A DNA stretch of 64,000 nucleotides from Candidatus Moraniibacteriota bacterium (GCA_041910335.1 JAYRRF010000012.1:3728-67727); one strand, 5' to 3'. Shown: positions 30,951 to 41,456, counted from the first letter of the stretch. Notes: generated by a model not told the origin, from the letters alone. Program-made: numbers and translations.

Positions 30951-31562
30951 ATGCAGGAAACAACACGAGAAGAAGAGAGTTTGGGACTCAAGTCGCTTAT
31001 CACTGAGCTTGTCAAAGTCTTTCTTCTAGCGGTAGTTATCATTATACCGGTTCGCATCTTTTTGTTCCAACCTTTTTTTGTGCAGGGTTCGAGTATGGAG
31101 CCGAACTTTCAGGATGGGCAATACCTTATCGTGAGTGAGTTGGGCTACAAGCAAGTACGTCTTGGTACCGAAAAAACAGCCCCGATGATTCTGTCAGACT
31201 TCCGTAAGCTGTCTCGCCAAGAAGCTATCGTCTTTCGTTATCCGAAAAAGCCAGATCAGTTCTTCATTAAACGTCTTATCGGACTTCCCAGAGAGACTGT
31301 CGCTATCAAGAATCATCAAGTCGTGATCAAAAATAGTGAGCATCCAGATGGGTGGATTCTTGATGAGTCAGCCTATGTCTTGAATGATGTGACTCTTGTA
31401 GATATGGCACCGGTCACTCTGGGTGAGGATGAGTATTTTGTGATGGGAGATAATCGAGATTTCAGTTATGACTCGCGAGCGTTTGGGCCAGTCGGGAAAG
31501 AGTTCATCATGGGAAGAGTATTGTTACGAGCTTGGCCATTTGGAGAGGCTCGAGTGTTCTAG
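30951..31562 (+). CDS. lepB: Signal peptidase I
   Basis: VQGSSMEPNF, FIKRLIGLP, MGDNRDFSYDSR. Confidence 0.95.
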   Translation: MQETTREEESLGLKSLITELVKVFLLAVVIIIPVRIFLFQPFFVQGSSMEPNFQDGQYLIVSELGYKQVRLGTEKTAPMILSDFRKLSRQEAIVFRYPKKPDQFFIKRLIGLPRETVAIKNHQVVIKNSEHPDGWILDESAYVLNDVTLVDMAPVTLGEDEYFVMGDNRDFSYDSRAFGPVGKEFIMGRVLLRAWPFGEARVF

Positions 31563-31599
31563 TATTTCATATAATTTAAACAGTGTAAGGTAAAACCCT

Positions 31600-32994
31600 A
31601 TGTCAAAGGTAAAGAAGACAGCAGTAGCACCCAAAAAAACCACGAAGAAAAAAGTCGCAACCAAGCCGACTAAGAAAACAACAAAAGTAGCAGCCGTTGA
31701 AGAGGAAATGCTCCTTCAGACACTGCGTGGGATGCGTGATATTTTGCCAGACGAGCAGCCCTACTGGGAGCGAGTGCGGAGAATACTGACGTCTGCTTCG
31801 CATGAGTATGGTTTCAGTCGGATTGATTTACCAACAGTGGAGTTTGCTCATCTTTTTGTACGCAGCGTGGGAACAGGGACAGACATCATTGATAAAGAGA
31901 TCTACCTCTTCAATACGCGTGGTGGTGACCGCGTTGCTCTTCGTCCTGAGATGACGGCTGGTCTTTGTCGCGCCTACATCGAACACGGTATGGGGGTACT
32001 TCCGAAGCCTATCAAGCTCTTCTCTATGGGACCTATCTTCCGTTATGACCGTCCACAGGAAGGACGCTACCGCGAGCACTGGCAAGCCAACTTCGATATG
32101 TTCGGTGAGGCAGATGCTATCTTGGATGCGCAGACCGTACAATTAGCGTACCGAGTCGTGCAACAACTGGGTCTTAAGAACATCGAATTCCAAGTTAACT
32201 CGATCGGAACACCAGAGACAAGAAAAGATTACGAGAAAGCTTTGGTGCGTTACCTCGAATCACAAAAACAAAAACTCTGCGAGAAATGTCGTGAGCGTTT
32301 GACCTCTAACCCGATGCGCATCCTCGACTGTAAAGAAGATAAGTGTATTCAGCTCACCGCTCACGCACCACAATCACTTGATTATCTTGATCCAGAATCT
32401 CGTGAGCACTTCAAGAAGTTTCTCGAATATCTCGATGAGCTTGATTTGCCGTACTCTATCAATACTCGCCTTGTCCGTGGACTGGATTACTACACACGCA
32501 CCGTCTTTGAGATTCGCTCGACTGATAAGGATGGTAAGAACTACTCACTCGGTGGTGGGGGACGCTACGACCGTCTCATCGAAAGCCTTGGCGGTGAAGC
32601 TACTCCAGCTATCGGCTTCGCTCTCGGTCTCGATCGTATCGTCATCGAAATGAAGCGTACTCAGGTCAAGCCGTACCATGCTCCTCAGCCGAAGGTTTTC
32701 CTTGCACAGCTTGGTGAAATGGCGAAGAAGAAGAGTTTGAAGTTGTTCTCAGAACTCGAGAAGAACGGAGTGCTTTTAGCTGAAAGCTTTGGCCGAGGCA
32801 GTCTCAAAAGTCAACTCCGTGTCGCTAATCGTCTCGGTGTAGAAGTGACTGTCATCATTGGTCAAAAAGAAGCGCTGGATGAGACCGCTATCATCAAAGA
32901 CATGGTCTCAGGTACACAAGAGACTGTTACTCAAGAAAAACTCGTCGAGGCTGTGAAGAAGCTTCTTAAAGCCAATCAAGCATTGGTAGGGTAA
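31600..32994 (+). CDS. hisS: Histidine--tRNA ligase with Lys-rich N-terminal extension
   Basis: [39 protein letters not shown]. Confidence 0.97.
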   Translation: MSKVKKTAVAPKKTTKKKVATKPTKKTTKVAAVEEEMLLQTLRGMRDILPDEQPYWERVRRILTSASHEYGFSRIDLPTVEFAHLFVRSVGTGTDIIDKEIYLFNTRGGDRVALRPEMTAGLCRAYIEHGMGVLPKPIKLFSMGPIFRYDRPQEGRYREHWQANFDMFGEADAILDAQTVQLAYRVVQQLGLKNIEFQVNSIGTPETRKDYEKALVRYLESQKQKLCEKCRERLTSNPMRILDCKEDKCIQLTAHAPQSLDYLDPESREHFKKFLEYLDELDLPYSINTRLVRGLDYYTRTVFEIRSTDKDGKNYSLGGGGRYDRLIESLGGEATPAIGFALGLDRIVIEMKRTQVKPYHAPQPKVFLAQLGEMAKKKSLKLFSELEKNGVLLAESFGRGSLKSQLRVANRLGVEVTVIIGQKEALDETAIIKDMVSGTQETVTQEKLVEAVKKLLKANQALVG

Positions 32995-33008
32995 AGAATA
33001 CCAAAAAT

Positions 33009-33353
33009 ATGGAGACTATTTTCCACAAGATGGCGAAGGGAGAGATAGTACCTAACGAAGTCGTCTATGAGGATGAGAGGGTGCTTGCCTTTCGAGATAT
33101 TCATCCACTTGCACCAGTGCACGTAGTGATCATTCCAAAGACCGAGATAATATCTCTTGCGGGTGCTACAGAGGGTGACAAGGAGACTCTCGGGCACATC
33201 CTTTGGGTAGCGCACATCATAGCAGAGCAGGAGGGTATAGCCGAGAGTGGCTATCGAGTGGTGACCAATAGCGGCGAAGATAGTACCCGTGAAGTAGAGT
33301 ATCTCCACTTTCATCTCATCGGCGGAAAACGCTTGGGAAGTAAGATTGGATGA
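33009..33353 (+). CDS. HIT family nucleotide-binding protein
   Basis: AFRDIHPLAPVHVVIIPK; triad reads YLHFHLIGG. Confidence 0.9.
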   Translation: METIFHKMAKGEIVPNEVVYEDERVLAFRDIHPLAPVHVVIIPKTEIISLAGATEGDKETLGHILWVAHIIAEQEGIAESGYRVVTNSGEDSTREVEYLHFHLIGGKRLGSKIG

Positions 33354-33354
33354 T

Positions 33355-33819
33355 ATGGAAATTCAAATTCAGAAAGATGTTGTAGATTGGTTATCTTCTT
33401 TTGGAGTTTTTGTTATTGGTATCATAACTGCATACATTGCTTATAGACAGCATAAAAATGATTCAATGAGACTGAGGTTTGATTTATATGAGAAAAGGTT
33501 TGAGGTCTATTCTCGTATAAGGGAATATCTCGCTACTATATACAGAGATGCTGATGTTGAATATAATCAAACTCAAATTTTTAAGTTTGAAACATCACAA
33601 GCAAAATTTCTATTCAATGAGGAGATATATAAACTTATAGAAGCTCTTCATAAAAAGGGTATAAGGTTACATTATGTAAATACTCTTTTGAATGACGTAA
33701 CTCTGGAAGTGGGTGATAAGCGAACTAAATTAGCTGAAGAATCAACAGAAATTCTTGAATCGTTTATAAGATACGGAGATAACCTCGAGGAGTATTTTAA
33801 TGACTATCTAAAAATATAG
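33355..33819 (+). CDS. AT-rich hypothetical single-TM protein, probably horizontally acquired
   Basis: TM helix then LRFDLYEKRFEVY; visibly more AT-rich codon use than flanking genes. Confidence 0.65.
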   Translation: MEIQIQKDVVDWLSSFGVFVIGIITAYIAYRQHKNDSMRLRFDLYEKRFEVYSRIREYLATIYRDADVEYNQTQIFKFETSQAKFLFNEEIYKLIEALHKKGIRLHYVNTLLNDVTLEVGDKRTKLAEESTEILESFIRYGDNLEEYFNDYLKI

Positions 33820-33865
33820 TGGATAGGCTAGTCAAATATATAGAAAAGTCTCAAAGATAGAGGGC

Positions 33866-33922
33866 TTGCAAGAATCGAAAAAACGTGTTACACTAGGTCC
33901 ATCCAAAATTACTAGAAGGAGG
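33866..33922 (+). promoter_or_regulatory. rpsU promoter and strong Shine-Dalgarno
   Basis: TTGCAA-17-TACACT (33866-33894); AAGGAGG at 33916-33922, 8 nt before ATG. Confidence 0.8.
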
Positions 33923-33930
33923 AGTCCAAT

Positions 33931-34185
33931 ATGATCCAAGTGAAAAAGAAAGAGAAAGAGACGCCTGAAAGCCTCATCCGTCGTTTTACTCGTCGCGTCC
34001 AGCAGTCTGGCGTACTGCGCCAGGTGCGTAAAAAGCGTTTTCATCAGCCTGTCAAAAGCAAAGACAAACGCCGTAACGAAGCTCTCTACAAGGTAGAAAT
34101 CCGTAAGGAAATCAGCCGCATGAAGAAGCTCGGTAAGTTTGATGAAGAAACACTGCGTGAAATCAAGAAAAAGATGAATCGCTAG
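33931..34185 (+). CDS. rpsU: 30S ribosomal protein bS21 with C-terminal extension
   Basis: ETPESLIRRFTRRVQQSGVL, KRFHQP; upstream of yqeY. Confidence 0.9.
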   Translation: MIQVKKKEKETPESLIRRFTRRVQQSGVLRQVRKKRFHQPVKSKDKRRNEALYKVEIRKEISRMKKLGKFDEETLREIKKKMNR

Positions 34186-34274
34186 TAAGAAGAACTCCCC
34201 CTTAGGGGAGTTTTCTTTTGCTTTTGTGCTGGGATTTGCTACTCTAGAGAAGTAATTGTTATCAAGAGAGAGTT

Positions 34275-34727
34275 ATGAAATATCAAGACACGATGGAAGA
34301 GCTCAAGGGAGCGATGAAGGCAGGAGATACAGCTAAGCGAGATGTCATCCGTTTACTTCAAAGTGCTTTGAAGAACTATGCGATTGATGCACGGACACCA
34401 GTTGAAGAACTTGGTGATAGTGATGTCGAGATGGTGATCAAGAAGCTCGTCAAGCAACGAAAAGATAGTATCGCTCAGTACCAAGCGGGTGGACGTGAAG
34501 ACCTGGTCGCCCAAGAGCAAAGCGAGCTCGACCTTCTATCAGTCTATCTTCCCAAAGAAATGGAAGATGATGAGTTAGCACGTCTCGTCGATGAAGTACT
34601 AAGTGAAGGTGGCTTTACTACCAAAGCAGATATCGGTAAAGCAACTGGTATGGTCATGAAGAAGGCGAATGGCAGCGTTAGTGGGGACAGAGTGCGTGAT
34701 ATGCTGGCTTCGCGATTGACGGCGTAG
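34275..34727 (+). CDS. yqeY: GatB/YqeY domain protein
   Basis: AMKAGD, KQRKDSIAQY, GREDL, YLP. Confidence 0.92.
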   Translation: MKYQDTMEELKGAMKAGDTAKRDVIRLLQSALKNYAIDARTPVEELGDSDVEMVIKKLVKQRKDSIAQYQAGGREDLVAQEQSELDLLSVYLPKEMEDDELARLVDEVLSEGGFTTKADIGKATGMVMKKANGSVSGDRVRDMLASRLTA

Positions 34728-34729
34728 AC

Positions 34730-35194
34730 ATGAAGCTTTCACTGGATCAAGTCGTCGAAGTAGATACTCCTTTCCAAGAGGGATTCTTAGAGGATATTGC
34801 CTTAAGGACACTTGAGAAGATAGATTTTGTTATCGGCACGACCACAGCAATCAGCCTTGGAGTGGCTGCTGTCAGTGAGGAGCGCATCCAAGAACTCAAC
34901 AGAGAATATCGTGATAAAGACAAAACGACAGATATTCTTTCTTTTGGGAGCGAAGAGAACTGGCTAGAAAGAGGGTCATTGCCAGCGGGGGAAGAGTTTT
35001 TCTTAGGAGATCTCATCTACAGTCCAGCTTTTATCCTTCGCGCAGCAGCAGAAGATGGTATTAGTCCTGAACATGAAATGGCCTACATTTTTTCTCATGG
35101 GGTACTACATCTTTTAGGGTATGATCATAGTGATGAGATGTTTGCCATTCAGGATGAAGTGACCAAAGAATACAGTCAAACACAAATACAATAG
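34730..35194 (+). CDS. ybeY: rRNA maturation endoribonuclease YbeY
   Basis: LNREYRDKDKTTDILSF, HGVLHLLGYDH. Confidence 0.95.
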   Translation: MKLSLDQVVEVDTPFQEGFLEDIALRTLEKIDFVIGTTTAISLGVAAVSEERIQELNREYRDKDKTTDILSFGSEENWLERGSLPAGEEFFLGDLIYSPAFILRAAAEDGISPEHEMAYIFSHGVLHLLGYDHSDEMFAIQDEVTKEYSQTQIQ

Positions 35195-35195
35195 T

Positions 35196-35549
35196 ATGCG
35201 TTTCCAAAAAAGTCTCAAATTCGCTTGGCATGGTCTCATCTACGCTTTTCGTTATGAAAAGAATTTCCGCATTGAAGTGTTTGTCGGAAGTATTGTCATG
35301 ATAGGAGCTTTCTTGCTCGGGCTGACTACGCTTGAGAAGAGCATTCTCCTTTCTATCTGTGCACTGGTCCTAGTGATGGAGCTGGCTAATACAGCGTTAG
35401 AAAGAATCATTGATATGTTGAAGCCGCGCGTCCATCCGTACGCTAAGGTAGTGAAAGATGTGATGGCAGGCGCAGTCCTTCTTGTCTCTTTCATGGCTGT
35501 TTTGGTAGGGATTCTCATTTTCCTGCCGTATCTTTTGGTCGGAGTATAG
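35196..35549 (+). CDS. dgkA: Diacylglycerol/undecaprenol kinase
   Basis: EKNFRIE, ELANTALERIID, KDVMAGAVL. Confidence 0.9.
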   Translation: MRFQKSLKFAWHGLIYAFRYEKNFRIEVFVGSIVMIGAFLLGLTTLEKSILLSICALVLVMELANTALERIIDMLKPRVHPYAKVVKDVMAGAVLLVSFMAVLVGILIFLPYLLVGV

Positions 35550-35642
35550 AGAGTGTTTGGCCAGTCCTCAAAAACGGGGTATAATGTGAGCTAGGGTAGG
35601 AGCTCTTTTTTGTGAGAGCCGGTTTTGTTGCTCTATTTTCAT

Positions 35643-36905
35643 ATGGCCAAAGGAAACTATTACGTAGGACTAGATATTGGTTCGTCTGCCATTCGAGCGG
35701 TCATCGCTGAGAGTCATGGTGAGGACGAAATGCTCCGTGTTATCGGTGTCGGTAAGACACCGTCTTTTGGTATGCGTAAGGGAGTAGTGGTAGATATTGA
35801 GACTGTTGCTAAAGCCATAAACACCGCATTGGAACAAGCCGAGAGAATGGCTGGACATGCCGCCGAAAGAGCAGCAGTAAGCGTCAGTGGGGCAGATCTC
35901 CTTTGTCAGGAGGCTCTTGGCGTAGTTGCTGTAGGGCGAGCAGATGGAGAAGTGACCGAAGATGATACCACTCGAGTGATGGATGAAGTAGAGGCCCGTT
36001 TGACTATGCCACTGAACCGAGAAATCATCCATGTTATCCCCAAAGACTACCGTCTCGATGACATCAAAAACATCAAAGATCCGCTTGGTATGCGAGGAGT
36101 TCGTCTAGAAATGAATGCGCTGGTCGTCAGTGGAAGTTCGTCTCATCTCAAAAATATTCATCGTAGCTTAGACCATGCCGGTACCGCAGCGACACATATC
36201 GTCGCCGAACCAGTGGCTTCTGCCGAGGCAGTGCTCACTCTGAAACAGAAAGAGCTCGGTACGGTCTTGGTCAACATGGGAGGGAGCACCACTTCTATTG
36301 CAGTGTATGAGGATGGAGACCTTCTTCATCTCGCAGTTCTTCCGGTAGGAGCGAGTCATATCACCAATGATATTGCTATTGGTCTGCGTACTTCTATCGA
36401 GATAGCTGAGGCCGTGAAGCTACAGTATGGGACGGCTGAAGCCAAAGATGTTCCTAAAAAAGAAGAAATAGATCTCAGTCTCTTCGACTCAGAAGAAAGT
36501 GATATGGTCAGTCGTCATCATGTAGCTGAGATTATCGAAGCTCGCTTGGAAGAGATTCTTGATTTTGTAAATACAGAGCTCAGAAACATTGGTCGCGAAG
36601 GGTTGTTGCCGGGCGGAGCTATTTTGACTGGTGGTGGAGCGCTCCTACCCGGGGCGGTAGATGTAGCTAAAAAGATTTTGCGCCTACCGGTACACACTGG
36701 ATACCCGAAGTCACTCAGTGGTATTCTTGATGAGGTAGACAACCCAGAGTTTGCTACCGTGATCGGCTTGGTTATGTACGCCGAAAAGTCAGGAGGCACT
36801 CATGGAGGAGGATTCTCAGCTGGTAAAGTGTGGGAGCAGATGCCACTTGGTATGCAAGGAATGACCAAAAAGTTCAAGGACTTGACGCGCAAGTTCTTAC
36901 CATAA
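35643..36905 (+). CDS. ftsA: Cell division protein FtsA
   Basis: GLDIGSS, GMRKGVVVDI, HITNDIAIGL, LTGGGA; upstream of ftsZ. Confidence 0.96.
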   Translation: MAKGNYYVGLDIGSSAIRAVIAESHGEDEMLRVIGVGKTPSFGMRKGVVVDIETVAKAINTALEQAERMAGHAAERAAVSVSGADLLCQEALGVVAVGRADGEVTEDDTTRVMDEVEARLTMPLNREIIHVIPKDYRLDDIKNIKDPLGMRGVRLEMNALVVSGSSSHLKNIHRSLDHAGTAATHIVAEPVASAEAVLTLKQKELGTVLVNMGGSTTSIAVYEDGDLLHLAVLPVGASHITNDIAIGLRTSIEIAEAVKLQYGTAEAKDVPKKEEIDLSLFDSEESDMVSRHHVAEIIEARLEEILDFVNTELRNIGREGLLPGGAILTGGGALLPGAVDVAKKILRLPVHTGYPKSLSGILDEVDNPEFATVIGLVMYAEKSGGTHGGGFSAGKVWEQMPLGMQGMTKKFKDLTRKFLP

Positions 36906-37109
36906 GGTGATACCCAAACAAAGACAAAAGGCTTTGAGAAAGCCAAAAATACAAACATTTCTTGAAGGGGTTCTTCTTGACACCCGCTCTCTTGGTGTGC
37001 TAAATTTGAGTTTCAATGCGTAGTCCCCACCGGGAAGAGAGTGTAAAACAAAAATTATTGCTACCAAGAATCAATATTTTTATTAAACACCTATTTAAAG
37101 GGGACATAT

Positions 37110-38378
37110 ATGGCAGAAATCAAACCAGACATCGAGACGTTTGCAAAAATTAAGGTCGTAGGAGTAGGGGGCTCTGGTGGTAATGCTATTTCGCGCATGA
37201 TCGACGCGAAAATCAAGGGAGTGGAATTTGTTGCTATCAACACTGATGCACAAGCTCTCCATCATTCGAAAGCACAAGAAAAAGTACACGTAGGGAAGAA
37301 CCTCACCAAGGGTCTTGGTGCTGGTATGAATCCAGAAGTAGGTCGTCAGGCAGCCGAAGAAAACCGTGATGAAATCCAAGAAGTCCTCAAGGGTTCTGAT
37401 ATGGTCTTCGTCGCTTGCGGACTTGGTGGTGGAACGGGAAGTGGTGCTGCACCGATTGTGGCTGAGACCGCCAAAGAACTTGGAGCGTTGACGGTAGGAG
37501 TAGTGACTAAGCCTTTTGCTTTTGAAGGATCACAACGCCGTGCCATCGCTGAAGAAGCACTCGAGAATTTGAAAGACCGAGTTGATACTCTCATTACTAT
37601 CCCTAACGACCGCTTGCTCTCTATCATTGATAGGAAGACGACTCTCGTGAACGCCTTCCGTATCGTTGACGATGTTCTCCGTCAGGGTGTGCAGGGTATC
37701 TCTGATCTCATCACTCGTCCAGGAGAAGTTAACGTCGACTTTGCTGACGTACGTGCCATCATGGAAGACAGTGGAAGTGCTTTGATGGGTATCGGTATTG
37801 CCTCTGGAGACAATCGTGCTACCGAAGCTGCTAAGGCAGCTATCAATAGTCCTCTCCTCGAGCTTTCTATCGATGGCGCGAAGGGTGTACTCTTCAACAT
37901 CTCTGGTTCTTCTGATATCGGTATGCTCGAAATCAACGAAGCCGCTAACATTATTACTGAGACTATTGATCCAAATGCAAAGGTTATCTTCGGTGCAGTC
38001 ACTGATGATCAGATCCGCAAGGGTGAAATTCAGATTACTGTTGTTGCGACTGGTTTTGACCTACCACGTACCAAAGAATCAATGCCTGGTTTGATCACTC
38101 GTGTACCGAGTACCCCGACACCGATTCGTGAGCATCGTGAAGAGCGCGTTCGTCCTGAACCAATACCAACCGTGACTGCGAAGCCAGAAGTAGATACCAG
38201 CTATGAAGAGGAGGATGATATCTTTGGATTCTCAAGTCGCAAGATGGAGCAGCCAGTGATGATCATCGATGAGAAAATCCCGACTCGACCACAAAATCCT
38301 CGTGGAGAAAGCAAGGAGCTTTCAGAAGATGATGATCTAGAGATACCAGCTTTTATTCGCCGCAAGATGAAGAAATAG
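37110..38378 (+). CDS. ftsZ: Cell division protein FtsZ
   Basis: GGGTGSG signature, C-terminal LEIPAFIRR. Confidence 0.99.
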   Translation: MAEIKPDIETFAKIKVVGVGGSGGNAISRMIDAKIKGVEFVAINTDAQALHHSKAQEKVHVGKNLTKGLGAGMNPEVGRQAAEENRDEIQEVLKGSDMVFVACGLGGGTGSGAAPIVAETAKELGALTVGVVTKPFAFEGSQRRAIAEEALENLKDRVDTLITIPNDRLLSIIDRKTTLVNAFRIVDDVLRQGVQGISDLITRPGEVNVDFADVRAIMEDSGSALMGIGIASGDNRATEAAKAAINSPLLELSIDGAKGVLFNISGSSDIGMLEINEAANIITETIDPNAKVIFGAVTDDQIRKGEIQITVVATGFDLPRTKESMPGLITRVPSTPTPIREHREERVRPEPIPTVTAKPEVDTSYEEEDDIFGFSSRKMEQPVMIIDEKIPTRPQNPRGESKELSEDDDLEIPAFIRRKMKK

Positions 38379-38502
38379 AAAGATTTTTCATTTTGGAAAA
38401 TTTCTTTGTCGTGACTTCCGGTACTCGTTCGCGTTATGCTTTGGTAGCGTTCACTCTGTTCCTCAGTCACTTCGCGAAATTTCCTCAAAATCAAAACTCT
38501 TT
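38379..38502. repeat. Long imperfect palindrome (rod-like RNA or MITE/REP-like element)
   Basis: Nested pairs AAAGA/TCTTT, ATTTTG/CAAAAT, AAATTTC/GAAATTT, GTGACT/AGTCAC. Confidence 0.65.
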
Positions 38503-38607
38503 GTCGTCTGTTCACTATCCATAGGCGTTAAAGAAAGTCTATGCCCAGCCAAAAATGCTGGGCTTTGCTATAATAAGGGTAGATAATTTTCAGTTTCTTT
38601 TTGAAAT

Positions 38608-39051
38608 ATGCAATGTCCATTTTGTAACAATGAAGAAACCAAGGTCGTCGACTCTCGTGATACACAAGAAGGGCGGGCCATTCGTCGTCGTCGAGAGTGC
38701 GAGAGCTGCGAACGACGTTTCAGTACCTATGAGACATACGAAGGCTTTCAGACGTTGATCGTCAAAAAAGATGGTATCAAAGAACCCTATGACCGCGCCA
38801 AGATTGAGCGTGGACTCCGACGTGCTTTTGAGAAGCGGCCGGGGGCTGAGACCAGTATTGAGACGATCTTAGGTGAACTCGAGGTTTATATCCAAGACCA
38901 ACAAAAGACAGAGATGACTAGCCGAGAGCTTGGTGATACGGTACTCCGCCTTATTAAAGAAGAAGATCCAGTCGCCTATGTTCGCTTTGCCAGTGTCTAC
39001 AAATCATTCGGGAGTCTCGAGCGTTTCCGGAAGTTCTTGGAGCAGGTGTAG
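38608..39051 (+). CDS. nrdR: Transcriptional repressor NrdR
   Basis: CPFC, VVDSR, RRRRECESC, ATP cone, VAYVRFASVY. Confidence 0.97.
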   Translation: MQCPFCNNEETKVVDSRDTQEGRAIRRRRECESCERRFSTYETYEGFQTLIVKKDGIKEPYDRAKIERGLRRAFEKRPGAETSIETILGELEVYIQDQQKTEMTSRELGDTVLRLIKEEDPVAYVRFASVYKSFGSLERFRKFLEQV

Positions 39052-39076
39052 TTAATCTTTGAGGGAGAGAGATGAC

Positions 39077-40564
39077 ATGCGTCCGCACTTTTTTCTCTGG
39101 AGTTTTGTGGTGGGGTTTCTCTTGGGAGGGAGTATTCTTTTTGGTCCTTGGTTTAATGACCGAGGACTTTTTCTTTTGGTGTTAAGTGGTATTGGAGGAC
39201 TGGTGGTGCTATGGGTTCCACGATATCTTAATTATCTGCTGGTAGTGATATTTGGTGTCGGACTAGCTTTTCTTATTGGCGGGAGGAGCCATGCTCTGTG
39301 GCAAGGAGAGAAGCAGGGGCAGACTACATTCGCGCATGAAGTGATGCGAGTGCAGGGATTTCTTGTAGAGAAGAGTCTTTTCCGAGAGATTGTCCTCAAG
39401 CCAACATGTACCGAAAGACATTGTGAGAGGGCAGTCTTGTGGCGAGCACCACTTGTCACGCATCTTCATGCTGGAGAGAAGATTCGTTTTTCTTGTACTA
39501 CTGAAGAGGCCAAAAACTTCACTCCAGATTTTGATTATCGTCTGTACCTTGCCAAGGAAGGCATTGGCTCCATTTGCCAAAAGAATGGACAGTTAGAAGA
39601 ACGGTTGCTGCCTGATTGGCAGGGAAGATTTTTCTTTTGGATCGAACAGAATAGACAGAGGACCGAAAAAGTTCTCAGTCGAGCGTTGCCACAGCCAGAG
39701 CTCGGTTTGGCTTTGGGACTTATCTTGGGGGGAGGAAACTTCTTGGATAAGGATATAGAGGAAAGTTTCAAGCGGATAGGGATGACGCATATTGTCGCTG
39801 TCTCCGGGTATAACATTCTTCTAGTAGCTGCTGGAAGCTTCTTCGTGCTTGGGGCTCTAGGACTTTGGCGGCGTCAAAAGCTTCTCTTGGGGAGTATCAT
39901 CATTTGGGTATTCATCCTCTTCGTGGGAGCACCGGCTTCGGCGGTGCGGGCGGGGAGTATGGCGCTTCTTTTTTTCTTGGCGCTTTTGACAGGGAGAAAG
40001 GCCTCGGGTTTTTTCGTCCTCATTCTCTCAGCTTTTCTCATGCTTCTTTTCAACCCGCTCCTCCTTTTCTATGATATTGGTTTTCAGCTTTCTTTTCTGG
40101 CCTTACTCGGGATTCTCTTTTCTTCGGAATGGTTGATAACAAAAGACTGGGATAAAAAAGAAATAGCCCGCCAAACATTCATGACGACACTCTGGGTCGA
40201 GATGTATGTACTGCCTTTGATTGTCTATTACTTTGGCACATTGACATGGTTTTCTGTAGTGGCCAACATGGTCTTACTACCGATTATCCCACTCGCTACG
40301 CTTGGTTCTTTCGCGCTTTTACTTCTCGGTTTTTTACCAGATAGTCTTTTTCTCTTCTTGGCCATTCCGGTCTACTTACTCCTTCACATAGTGATTCTCT
40401 TCGCGGAGTTTTGCGCGAGACTGCCATGGGTCTCTCTTGAGGGTCTCAAGCTAACGCTCGAACAGCTGGCACTTGTCTATAGCATCATCATTTTGTTTTC
40501 AGTGGTACAATTACGAAAACGAAGAAAAAACTGGTATGCCAAAGCCTTTGTGGTGGATGACTAA
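39077..40564 (+). CDS. comEC: ComEC/Rec2 competence protein, membrane portion
   Basis: GMTHIVAVSGYNI, SAVRAGSM, DIGFQLSFLA. Confidence 0.92.
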   Translation: MRPHFFLWSFVVGFLLGGSILFGPWFNDRGLFLLVLSGIGGLVVLWVPRYLNYLLVVIFGVGLAFLIGGRSHALWQGEKQGQTTFAHEVMRVQGFLVEKSLFREIVLKPTCTERHCERAVLWRAPLVTHLHAGEKIRFSCTTEEAKNFTPDFDYRLYLAKEGIGSICQKNGQLEERLLPDWQGRFFFWIEQNRQRTEKVLSRALPQPELGLALGLILGGGNFLDKDIEESFKRIGMTHIVAVSGYNILLVAAGSFFVLGALGLWRRQKLLLGSIIIWVFILFVGAPASAVRAGSMALLFFLALLTGRKASGFFVLILSAFLMLLFNPLLLFYDIGFQLSFLALLGILFSSEWLITKDWDKKEIARQTFMTTLWVEMYVLPLIVYYFGTLTWFSVVANMVLLPIIPLATLGSFALLLLGFLPDSLFLFLAIPVYLLLHIVILFAEFCARLPWVSLEGLKLTLEQLALVYSIIILFSVVQLRKRRKNWYAKAFVVDD

Positions 40565-41384
40565 TCTTGTCTTGGGAGGAGTGCTCGTGTCGGTACTTAC
40601 TCTTTTTTTGTGGCAGGGACAAACGAAAGATGTCTTCGAAGTAGTCTTCCTCGATGTCGCTCAGGGAGACGCTATTCTTATTCAGGACGGAGAGACGCAG
40701 GTGCTTATTGATGGTGGACGGGATGGACTAAGATTGCTTTCTCGGTTAGGCCGCTATATGCCTTTCTGGGATCGTACCATCGAAGTAGTTGTAGCGACCC
40801 ATCCAGATAGGGATCATATTGGCGGACTGCCGACACTCTTCCGCAATTATCAGGTAGAGACTCTGCTTACCAATGGACAGAAGGGTGAGACGACTACCGC
40901 GCAGATCTTCGATGAGTTGGCATACTCGAGAGTGAAATACCAAAAAGAAGTTGCTGAAGGGAGTGAAGTAGTGCTTCCAAGTGGGGCAACGCTTCGTTTT
41001 CTCTACCCACTTCTTCCTCTGCCAAGCGATAGTCCTATTGAGACCAACGAGGGGAGTCTGGTGGCACGACTTGACTTCTCGGAGACGAACTTTCTTTTCA
41101 CTGGGGATTTGCCGAATGAAGAGCTCGCCCTTTCTTCGGTGCAACCAGTGGATGTACTTAAGGTTGCTCATCATGGGTCGCGATTTTCTACGAGCGGAGC
41201 TTTTCTGGATATGCTCAAGCCAAAAGAAGCAGTGGTGTCTGTAGGAGAAAATACCTACGGACATCCACATCCTACGGTCCTCAAGAATCTGGCGGACCGG
41301 GGAGTGAAAATCTACCGCACGGATCAAGAGGGGGATATCGTCTATATTTGCGAAAAAAAAACCAAACAGTGCCACAAAGAATAG
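40536..41384 (+). CDS. ComEC C-terminal metallo-beta-lactamase domain as a separate gene
   Basis: FLDVAQGDA, THPDRDHIGG, LKVAHHGS, YGHPH, RTDQEG. Confidence 0.9.
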   Translation: MPKPLWWMTNLVLGGVLVSVLTLFLWQGQTKDVFEVVFLDVAQGDAILIQDGETQVLIDGGRDGLRLLSRLGRYMPFWDRTIEVVVATHPDRDHIGGLPTLFRNYQVETLLTNGQKGETTTAQIFDELAYSRVKYQKEVAEGSEVVLPSGATLRFLYPLLPLPSDSPIETNEGSLVARLDFSETNFLFTGDLPNEELALSSVQPVDVLKVAHHGSRFSTSGAFLDMLKPKEAVVSVGENTYGHPHPTVLKNLADRGVKIYRTDQEGDIVYICEKKTKQCHKE

Positions 41385-41456
41385 AGAGCAAGTCTTGCTC
41401 GAAGAGGGTATTCGTGGTAGAATAGTTCTGTTAAGAAGTCTAATAGTATATTTTTT

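Noticed and set aside
39077-41384. ComEC as a frameshifted pseudogene
   Set aside because: Second ORF has its own ATG and TM anchor, and both halves keep intact motifs; split ComEC is common
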